Shown here: positions 26,734 to 35,656 of the stretch, piece after piece
Position numbering within the stretch: position 1 is the first letter of the stretch
How the letters are laid out: each line of letters begins with the position of its first letter
DNA from: Clostridia bacterium
GTDB lineage: Bacteria > Bacillota > Clostridia > Oscillospirales > CAG-272
NCBI GenBank assembly: GCA_017407835.1
Contig: JAFQVV010000015.1
Location: 10,954 to 74,953 of the forward strand
DNA: 64,000 bases
Direction: 5' to 3'
Program-made: the position numbers and the translations under genes
Notes under the pieces: generated by a model
The model's database searches: none
Seen by the model: only the letters and a program-made list of their open reading frames with translations
What the model was told of the DNA's origin: nothing

Positions 26734-27566
26734 TGCCAAGCCTTCGTGACTTGAAAAAACATTTGCGCAGCATCGAGATGACGGGACAGCTGGCTGGGGC
26801 GATGAAAACAGTATCTGCTGCAAAATATTCGCGAATTAACAATATTCTGCAGAACTACGCCGATTATGCCGCTGTATGTGAACGGATTTCCCGACATTTT
26901 GGAAGCGCTTTGACCGAAGCTTACCCGTGTGTCAATCCAAACGCCCCCCGCGGGATCGTTGTGTTGGGCTCGAATCGAGGATTGTGCGGCGGCTATAATA
27001 TTGAACTCCTCAATTTTGCCGATGCATGCTTAGCGGATTCTGCGTCTTCTTGCGAGTTGATCGTTGCCGGAAAAACAGCGATTGCACATTTCCGTGATAA
27101 TGCTGTTCCCATCAAGCAGGAATTTTTGCTTCCCGATGTGGTGCAGTACAGCGATTGCCTGCCGCTGTTGGACTATGTGCTGGATCTCTATCGTGCAGGA
27201 GAGATATCCACAATTGAAATAATTAACCAGAAGTTTATCAATATGTTGACGCAATCGCCGATATTGACACAGCTTCTGCCATGGAAGGCGCCCGATGATC
27301 AAACGCCGGAAAAAGAGATTCTTTACCTGCCCGATCGCGGGACGGCTCTGCGCTCAGCCGCTGAGACTTGCATCAACGCCGGTGTTTATATGCGTATTTT
27401 GGAGTCGAGTGCAGGTGCACAGGCCGCGACATTGATGGCAATGCGTTCAGCCTTTGATAATGCGGAAAAGTCGTCAAATGAATTGCAGGCGGCCATCAGC
27501 CGAAAACGACAAAGCGATGTGACCGCAAGCGTGATTGAAACGGCCGGCGGTTATTTCGAGACATAA
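26733..27566 (+). CDS. atpG: F0F1 ATP synthase subunit gamma
   Basis: MPSLRDLKKHLRSIEMTGQLAGAMKTVSAAKYSR at the N-terminus and the C-terminal ...RQSDVTASVIE are gamma signatures. TGATG overlap with the alpha ORF. Confidence 0.9.
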   Translation: MPSLRDLKKHLRSIEMTGQLAGAMKTVSAAKYSRINNILQNYADYAAVCERISRHFGSALTEAYPCVNPNAPRGIVVLGSNRGLCGGYNIELLNFADACLADSASSCELIVAGKTAIAHFRDNAVPIKQEFLLPDVVQYSDCLPLLDYVLDLYRAGEISTIEIINQKFINMLTQSPILTQLLPWKAPDDQTPEKEILYLPDRGTALRSAAETCINAGVYMRILESSAGAQAATLMAMRSAFDNAEKSSNELQAAISRKRQSDVTASVIETAGGYFET

Positions 27567-29005
<1,439 letters not shown>

Positions 29006-29006
<1 letters not shown>

Positions 29007-29344
29007 TGGAGAATATAGCAGAAAAACTCCCGTTCCGACTCATTGTTTCAACGCCCGACAAAGCGGAACTTATCCTTCGCTGTGATTCGGTTTCCTTTTC
29101 TGTCCCTGATGGGAAGGATGGAAAACGGGGTGGCAGTGTTGGTGTTCGCAGCGGACATGTCGATGCTGTATTTGCTCTGGCAGCGGGGCGAATTTTCGCC
29201 AAGGTCGATTCTCAAACGGTTTTTGACGCAATGGCAGATGCCGGAGTTGCTTTTGTGGAGAATAACTGTGTGACTGTTCTGACCAATAAAGTGGAGATTT
29301 CTGTCATCGATCGAACTTCCTTTTGGGAAAGGGAAGAAGCATAA
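29006..29344 (+). CDS. atpC: F0F1 ATP synthase subunit epsilon
   Basis: ATG 29006 overlaps the atpD stop (TAATG). FRLIVSTPDK...DSVSFSVPDG is the epsilon beta-sandwich pattern. It is the last gene of the operon. The ORF track start 28985 is inside atpD. Confidence 0.8.
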
Positions 29345-29373
29345 TCGATGATAGATGAACATAATTAAATTTC

Positions 29374-29414
29374 AAAAGAGGTTGTCGCGCGATTAAGCGC
29401 GACAACCTCTTTTG
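29374..29414. terminator. bidirectional terminator (atpC / ABC ATPase convergent)
   Basis: AAAAGAGGTTGTCGCGC-gattaa-GCGCGACAACCTCTTTT is a perfect 14-bp GC-rich stem with A and T runs. Confidence 0.85.
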
Positions 29415-29430
29415 GAATGCGTGAATATGT

Positions 29431-30309
29431 TTACTGTGTATCTGTATTTCCAAACACATAGAGATAATAATCTTCTAATGTGGGTGAGACGATTTTGGCT
29501 TGATGGGTTGGGGGCGTATCTGCCAGAACGCGAAGCAGGATTTCTCCCGTGTTTGCGTTTCTTGTGATATTCGTTACGCGAAATTGATCCTGCATTGTTT
29601 GCACTTCGGAGTCGGTGCACGGTACAAGCCAGACCTGACCGTTAATTTTTTCGGTCAGTATTTTTGGGGGCGCGTGATCCACAATGACACCTTTTTTGAG
29701 TAAGATAATCTCTTTGGCAATAAACTCAATGTCGGAGACGACATGTGTGGCAATTAACACAATCTTGTTGAATGCAATTTGGGAGATGTAGTTGCGGATG
29801 GCGATGCGTTGTTTGGGATCAAGGCCTGCGGTGGGCTCATCGAGAATAAGGACCTGCGGATCGCCCAATACCGCCTGCGCTAATGTTAAACGCTGTTTCA
29901 TGCCGCCCGATAAGGCACTGATCTTTCGTTTGATCACATCATCCAATTCTACCGCGGAAAGAATATCGGGAATTTGTTGTACTGCTTCGGCTTTCGATAG
30001 CCCCTTGAGCGCCGCCATGTACCACATGAAACGTTCGACCGTAAAGTTTGGATATAATCCGGGATATTGCGGCATAAAGCCAAGTTTTTCCCGAAAACGT
30101 GTACCCATATCAAGGATATTCTCGTTGTCACACAGAATTTCACCCGAATCGGCTTTGAGGTTGTCGGTAAGAATATTCATCAGGGTCGATTTGCCCGAGC
30201 CGTTTGGTCCGAGCAGGGCGTAGATGCCCGCGTCGAGAGTAGCCGTGAAGCCGTTGAGTGCGAGGTTTGTGCCATAGGATTTGGAGATGTTTTGGATGGA
30301 TAGTGTCAC
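29431..30309 (-). CDS. ABC transporter ATP-binding protein (ABC-2/DrrA-like, single NBD)
   Basis: GTG start 30309 follows AAGGAGGT. LLGPNGSGKSTL is Walker A, LSGGMKQRL the signature motif and LILDEPTAGLD Walker B. It is the last gene of the minus-strand operon. Confidence 0.9.
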   Translation of the reverse strand: MTLSIQNISKSYGTNLALNGFTATLDAGIYALLGPNGSGKSTLMNILTDNLKADSGEILCDNENILDMGTRFREKLGFMPQYPGLYPNFTVERFMWYMAALKGLSKAEAVQQIPDILSAVELDDVIKRKISALSGGMKQRLTLAQAVLGDPQVLILDEPTAGLDPKQRIAIRNYISQIAFNKIVLIATHVVSDIEFIAKEIILLKKGVIVDHAPPKILTEKINGQVWLVPCTDSEVQTMQDQFRVTNITRNANTGEILLRVLADTPPTHQAKIVSPTLEDYYLYVFGNTDTQ

Positions 30310-30321
30310 TCTGATACCTCC

Positions 30322-31653
30322 TTAAGGTTCTGGTTGAATCATACGAATTTCGCCGAAAACATAGCTGTTTGAATTGACGCCGTTTGCGGCAAGATGCTCG
30401 CGGATGCGCTCCCCGTCAACCACGTTGCCCGAAACGATCAGATGTGCGTCTTGCATACCGATGATGCTTTGCCCATCAAAGCCAGGCGTGAAAATCTCGC
30501 GCAGCTCACCGCTGTCAAGATCAAGCGCAATCAGCGTTGATCCGCTGTCGGACACGATGTAATCCACCTGAATATGCTTGCCAAGCGAATCGACCACCGC
30601 ATCACCGGTTTCGCCCGTCATCGTTGCGGCAATCGCCTCAACAAACACCGGCTTATATGGGATAATGAACAACGTACCGTTAACAAGATACATCGGGGTA
30701 AATGCGCTGGTCGGCGTGTTAACACCATCATAAAGCAATTCCGGTTCAGCATCCAAAGCGGTAAGATTGATACGATAACACGCATGGAGCTGTTTTTCTG
30801 CGCGGACAGTGGCTTTACCGTCGGAAGACTGATTTTTGTCCTGCGGATGAGCATCAACTATCAGCGCTCCCGCGCGGTTTTCGCTTTTCTGTGTATAGTA
30901 CAGCCATCCATCATGAAGAAAACTGCCATACAGTGCAACGCCCTGCATCACTTTTTCTGTTGTCTGAAAATCTGCTGTGGAAGCATAAAGACAGGCATCC
31001 TCATAGCTGACCCAATATGCAGTTCTCTCCCCGTCCGTATCGGTTATACCGATGATATTGACCACATCATACGCTCCCTCGGTCAGCATACGCAGATTTT
31101 TTCCATCGGCATCCATGACGTAGAGATTGCTTCCGAGCCCGACGGCATTTCCGGTTTCATCGTAGGTAGTGCACTGAATGACCAGATAGATATCGTTTGC
31201 GAACAGCCAGAACCGATTGATCATCTCGGCATGCTCCACCAGGACTGTGCGGATGCCCTTTTTCATATCCAGCCGATACAGGCGGGAGATCTGCTTCTTC
31301 GTCTCAAGGTCGATCACGCGGTCGGTATAGTATACAATCGGTGTGCTGTCTTTGTCCGAAACAACGGCGATCTCCGGCTGAAGCCACAGATACGCCGGAC
31401 ATTCCGTGGAATCGTGAGCACAGAGCGGATCATAGCAGACGAGATTTTCTGTGCCGTCCGGGGCGGTATAGGCAAGCAGACCATCTGTGTTTTTATAATA
31501 GCGATAACCATTGTGCATAAATTGGCTGGCAGAAGCTGTGTAAGCATACTCGTTTTCCGCTGTGCATCCGACGAGCAGCAGAAGTACGGCAATTATGATT
31601 AAAACAAAATTTATGCCGTAGGATTTGGATATGTTTTGGATGGATAATGTCAT
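30322..31653 (-). CDS. lipoprotein paralog 4 (DPLC-motif family); N-terminus is a copy of the ABC ATPase N-terminus
   Basis: ATG 31653 follows AAGAGGA with a 6-nt spacer. MTLSIQNISKSYG (identical to ATPase residues 1-13) is followed by INFVLIIIAVLLLLVGC (lipobox LVGC). The motif is CYDPLCAHDSTEC. The ORF track start 31737 has no SD. Confidence 0.6.
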   Translation of the reverse strand: MTLSIQNISKSYGINFVLIIIAVLLLLVGCTAENEYAYTASASQFMHNGYRYYKNTDGLLAYTAPDGTENLVCYDPLCAHDSTECPAYLWLQPEIAVVSDKDSTPIVYYTDRVIDLETKKQISRLYRLDMKKGIRTVLVEHAEMINRFWLFANDIYLVIQCTTYDETGNAVGLGSNLYVMDADGKNLRMLTEGAYDVVNIIGITDTDGERTAYWVSYEDACLYASTADFQTTEKVMQGVALYGSFLHDGWLYYTQKSENRAGALIVDAHPQDKNQSSDGKATVRAEKQLHACYRINLTALDAEPELLYDGVNTPTSAFTPMYLVNGTLFIIPYKPVFVEAIAATMTGETGDAVVDSLGKHIQVDYIVSDSGSTLIALDLDSGELREIFTPGFDGQSIIGMQDAHLIVSGNVVDGERIREHLAANGVNSNSYVFGEIRMIQPEP

Positions 31654-31751
31654 GGTGTGTCCTCTTAGCGTAATTTTTCGCCAAACTGCATTTAGATGTG
31701 CGGAGAGCAACTGCTGTTTTTCGGAATTACTTATCATGTTTTCCTGATGAT

Positions 31752-33050
31752 TTATCCGAATTCATAGAGCGTGTATTCTCCCGTTTCCATATCATAGGCA
31801 GAAAATGCCGTATTGCTAAGGTATAGAATCCATTTGTCGCAGACCAGAATCCAGCGAGCGCCGGTAATTGGATTGGAAGCCTCCTGCTCCGGCGTTTGTA
31901 CCAGACGGAGTGGATTGCCGTCATGATCGCATTGCCAGAGACCGTCGCTAAAATTCAAATAGAGATAATGATCGGTAATACTCCCCCACATCAACGGATA
32001 TGCGCTTACCGTTTCCGGCACCTCTCCGAGCATTTCTTCTTCGCCCGTGAGGAGATTTCGCTTCGTATAATATAATCGATATAAAGCGGTAGTAATCGGA
32101 TTTCCGTTTTCATCTGTCAGAGGTTCTCCACGTCCATCCACTTCTTCCATCAACTTTACCGGTTCTCCGGAAGGCTTTTGGTAATAGCAGTAATCACCTG
32201 CCCGTGCGGTATTGATGTAATAATAGGGGAAATGAAGAAGCGCCGACTCGCCGCTGTTCCGATCGACACGCGTTACGCGATTGCTCTCTCCGATTCCCGT
32301 GTGAAAATAATAATACTGCTCGTCAATATCCTGAAGATTGCTGAACCCGTCCTCCGTCTGCTCAAACGTATAGAGGATTTCCTCCGTTTTCCCGAAGGAA
32401 TCGGGCTTCGTCCGGCAGAGAAGCCTGATCTTTTCACCGGTAGGATTGTCCGCGTATACCGGTCGGAAAACGCTGTAATAGAGATATCCGTCCGAAAGGA
32501 TCTTGTGAAGGGTATACTGCGAGCCGTCATCCGGGATGTCATAGAGCTTCTTTATGCTTTGAGATGCTATATTATAGCACAGAAATGAATAATCACGGAT
32601 TTCCGTTCTGCCGGAAATATCTCTTCTCCATTCGGTTGTTCCGGTGATAAAGTATACTTTATCATCATCAACCAACCATTGATCTGAGCCATTTGCAAAA
32701 ACACATTCTTCTCCGGTACACAGCGGATCGGTACAGACGCTGTTAAGGCTTCCGGTCATGGGATTGAATCGGTAAAAATTTCCGGTTTCTCCCGATGGCC
32801 AGAAATAAATCATATTGTCAAACAGTCTGATACAGGAATTGTTCGGTGTGAAGACATGGTCAAACCCGTCTATAGTCTCACTTAGAATATCCTCCGAAGA
32901 ATCCGGTATTGTATGCCCACCACTGCAGGAAGAGAAAAGAAGCAATATAAGAAAAATGGCTGCGATTAACTTACCTCCATTTCTCTTGCCTGCGTTGAGG
33001 GCGAGGTTTGTGCCGTAGGATTTGGTGATTCGATTGATTGTTATTTTCAA
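31752..33050 (-). CDS. lipoprotein paralog 3 (DPLC-motif family); N-terminus carries an ABC ATPase-derived segment
   Basis: TTG start 33050 follows AAGGAGGA with a 5-nt spacer and overlaps the upstream stop (TTGA). MKITINRITKSYGTNLALNA (ATPase-like) is followed by GKRNGGKLIAAIFLILLLFSSC (lipobox FSSC). The motif is CTDPLCTGEEC. Confidence 0.6.
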   Translation of the reverse strand: MKITINRITKSYGTNLALNAGKRNGGKLIAAIFLILLLFSSCSGGHTIPDSSEDILSETIDGFDHVFTPNNSCIRLFDNMIYFWPSGETGNFYRFNPMTGSLNSVCTDPLCTGEECVFANGSDQWLVDDDKVYFITGTTEWRRDISGRTEIRDYSFLCYNIASQSIKKLYDIPDDGSQYTLHKILSDGYLYYSVFRPVYADNPTGEKIRLLCRTKPDSFGKTEEILYTFEQTEDGFSNLQDIDEQYYYFHTGIGESNRVTRVDRNSGESALLHFPYYYINTARAGDYCYYQKPSGEPVKLMEEVDGRGEPLTDENGNPITTALYRLYYTKRNLLTGEEEMLGEVPETVSAYPLMWGSITDHYLYLNFSDGLWQCDHDGNPLRLVQTPEQEASNPITGARWILVCDKWILYLSNTAFSAYDMETGEYTLYEFG

Positions 33051-34291
33051 GAGTATCCTCCTTGTTCATCCATCCGATGCAGCATCATGATGCCATTTTC
33101 GATGCAGGCGCGGCAATGATATGTCGAAGTTTCCCCCGCATATTCGGTTTTACCATTGGTGATCTCAACCCATAATCCCGATGCCGCAGCGCAGCGGATC
33201 GTCACCGTGTCCTCCGGCTGAACGTCGCCGGCAAGCGTGTATCGAGTCACGGTGCCATCGGCGGGCTTGATACAGCAGACGGACAGCGTTGCATTGACAT
33301 AAAAGTCAATAGGATCGGTTTCCCCGTTTGGACCGCCTGTTGGCATTTCCCGGCTGCCAAGATAACGCTTTTCAGACTCGGTAAACCAGATTCCCCCGCC
33401 GAAAGTGAACCCATTCACACTTTCGCCTACCTTTTTCCATTTCCCGTTGTGATACACATACAGATACCATCGCTTATCGGTATAGACGTGCATTCCACCA
33501 TTTTCGCTTGGACATTCGGCAGAAAATTCAGCCACAGAACGTAAATAGGTTTTTTCGCCATATATTGTAATGTCATACAAACGACCTTCGACATCACCTG
33601 CCGCATCCACCTCTGCAACACCGCTTTTTCGGTCGATAATATCCATCAGGAGATCGCCGTTCACGTTCGGATAAAGCAGATAGTAACGGGCATCATCTGC
33701 ATAAAAAGAACTGCTGATATCGAGTTCGTCTTCCAATACTTTCTCGGCCTTTCCGCCGTTTGTCGCGATTCGCATGACATAAGCAGATTGTTCGCTGATG
33801 CCGAGGTGATTGTCTGAGAAATTTTCCTGCCCACTGTAAAAGCCCTGTTCAAAGTAAAGAAAGCCATCCGCATACTGCATATAGAGGGAGGTGTTGGTCG
33901 AGAAATCATAGGTGTGCAGGAGAGTGAAGTCTGAGCCATCGGGTTTCATGGAAAAAATCTGCCGATACACAGTGCCGTTTTCATCGGTGAGGGCGGGATT
34001 GGTGGCATTCATATAAAGCCGTTCCCCATCGGTAACCAGCGTCTTCATCCAAAGCTGCCGGGAGGAGGGGCAGAGGCTGTCCTCGCTGTCATGGGTGCAG
34101 AGAGGGTCACGGCAAATATCGTCGTACGTCGCGTCCCAATTCGGATTCCATACCTGCAGGTGGAGATTTTCGTAATATGTTTCTCCCAGCAGACAGCCCT
34201 CACGGGTGTTACAGTAGTCTTGCATCGGGGGTTTACCGCAACTGCACAGGAGCAGAAGAGCGGCAAGGGTTATGCAGAGCAGGTTTTTCAT
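33047..34291 (-). CDS. lipoprotein paralog 2 (DPLC-motif family)
   Basis: I prefer ATG 34291 (MKNLLCITLAALLLLCSCGKPP) over the track start 34303. The motif is CRDPLCTHDSEDSLC. Confidence 0.6.
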   Translation of the reverse strand: MKNLLCITLAALLLLCSCGKPPMQDYCNTREGCLLGETYYENLHLQVWNPNWDATYDDICRDPLCTHDSEDSLCPSSRQLWMKTLVTDGERLYMNATNPALTDENGTVYRQIFSMKPDGSDFTLLHTYDFSTNTSLYMQYADGFLYFEQGFYSGQENFSDNHLGISEQSAYVMRIATNGGKAEKVLEDELDISSSFYADDARYYLLYPNVNGDLLMDIIDRKSGVAEVDAAGDVEGRLYDITIYGEKTYLRSVAEFSAECPSENGGMHVYTDKRWYLYVYHNGKWKKVGESVNGFTFGGGIWFTESEKRYLGSREMPTGGPNGETDPIDFYVNATLSVCCIKPADGTVTRYTLAGDVQPEDTVTIRCAAASGLWVEITNGKTEYAGETSTYHCRACIENGIMMLHRMDEQGGYS

Positions 34292-34325
34292 TATTCTCAC
34301 CATTCTTTTATATTCGGTAAAAATA

Positions 34326-35624
34326 TCACTCGATATCCAACAATTCCCAAACCGTATATTTCAAACCGGAGTAACCGATATAATCGGTTTCATAATGCTT
34401 GTTGATCGTATCGATATCATAAACACTGCCGGAAACGAGGAACTTTCCTTTCCCCGTATACTCGATGGTCTTGATATCATAGCCGAGATCGGACAGAACC
34501 ACACGCTGCTCTTTGGTGTTAAGGTCAACCGCCCAAAGCTCGCCGTCCGTTTCGCTCCAGATGTAGGTCAAAGCGTTCTTTGCAACAGAATTGCTCCACT
34601 CGATTTTGCCCTGCAGTTCAAACTGTGCAGGAACACAGTAGAGCGTATCCTCCACGATGCACCAATCCGACCTTGTCGAAATGCCGGAGATCAGTGCTTC
34701 TGTTGTGCCGCTGCCGTCAAGCTTTGTGCGCATCAAGGTGCAGGTATTGGCGGCATCCAGCGCTTGGGGATACTGGCCGATGGCATATCCGTAAACCTCT
34801 CTGCCTTCCGGCTTCGGCTCATCGGGGGTAAGGGAGATGACCTCGCGCCGGTCGGTATAATAAACCCAGCCGTCGTGGATCATGATCCTCCACAGATTGT
34901 TGAGGCCATCCATCACAACCTCTTCCGTGACAAAATCATCTGTTGTGCGGCAGAGAGTTTCTCCGCAGCGATAGTAAAATAAACCGTCCTCGTAATACTC
35001 AACACGATAGTTGTCAACAAAGGCATTCTCACCAAAGGTGCATTGCTCCAGCTCGCCGCCGGAAAGCGGTGCGCGCCAGATGTTGACCTGCTGTACATCC
35101 GATTCGATCTGCATCCACGTGGAATTGAGCGTGAAATAGACGTGGGTATCGGTCAGAAGAAAGCGGATGCCATAGCCGAAAGCCGAATCGGGAATTGAAG
35201 TGATGACTCGGCATTTTCCGGTTTTCATATCCATCGCAAGCAAATCGGAACGATCGTCATACCCCTTGCTCGGATCATCGGGATCGCTGAGAAAGCTCTC
35301 CACGCGGAAGAAATAGATGACAAATCCCCTGTCCTGCGGAACAAGCGCAATCTGTGTGCCCGGCGCCCCGGCAAAGGCTGCACATTCCTTTTTGTCATGG
35401 GAACAGAGCGGGTCGACGCATCCCACATAAACCGTCTGTTCTTCGTCATCGATCTCGGTATAGGTCAGAAACGCTCCTTTGTCGGGAACGGACTGGATGG
35501 AATAGATCCGATCACCCCAAACAGCCCGTTCTGCGGAAAGGACACAGTCCTGCAGGGGTTCATTCTGTGCGCAGGATGACAAGAATATCAAAGCGATCAA
35601 AAGAATTGCAAACAGTTTTTTCAT
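34326..35624 (-). CDS. lipoprotein paralog 1 (DPLC-motif family)
   Basis: MKKLFAILLIALIFLSSCAQ has lipobox LSSC. The motif is CVDPLCSHDKKEC. It is rich in Y/W/D/G beta-strand-like repeats. Confidence 0.65.
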   Translation of the reverse strand: MKKLFAILLIALIFLSSCAQNEPLQDCVLSAERAVWGDRIYSIQSVPDKGAFLTYTEIDDEEQTVYVGCVDPLCSHDKKECAAFAGAPGTQIALVPQDRGFVIYFFRVESFLSDPDDPSKGYDDRSDLLAMDMKTGKCRVITSIPDSAFGYGIRFLLTDTHVYFTLNSTWMQIESDVQQVNIWRAPLSGGELEQCTFGENAFVDNYRVEYYEDGLFYYRCGETLCRTTDDFVTEEVVMDGLNNLWRIMIHDGWVYYTDRREVISLTPDEPKPEGREVYGYAIGQYPQALDAANTCTLMRTKLDGSGTTEALISGISTRSDWCIVEDTLYCVPAQFELQGKIEWSNSVAKNALTYIWSETDGELWAVDLNTKEQRVVLSDLGYDIKTIEYTGKGKFLVSGSVYDIDTINKHYETDYIGYSGLKYTVWELLDIE

Positions 35625-35656
35625 GAGCTTTCCGTCCTTTCGATAATATCAGAGAA

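Noticed and set aside
30574-31602. 342-aa plus-strand ORF inside lipoprotein paralog 4, and 34272..34982 inside paralog 1
   Set aside because: Neither has an SD or any motif. The minus-strand frames carry signal peptides, lipoboxes and the shared DPLC motif.
31654-31737. 28-codon N-terminal extension of lipoprotein 4 in the ORF track (MISNSEKQQLLSAHLNAVWRKITLRGHT)
   Set aside because: There is no SD before ATG 31737. The internal ATG 31653 has AAGAGGA at the correct spacing and reproduces the ATPase start context.
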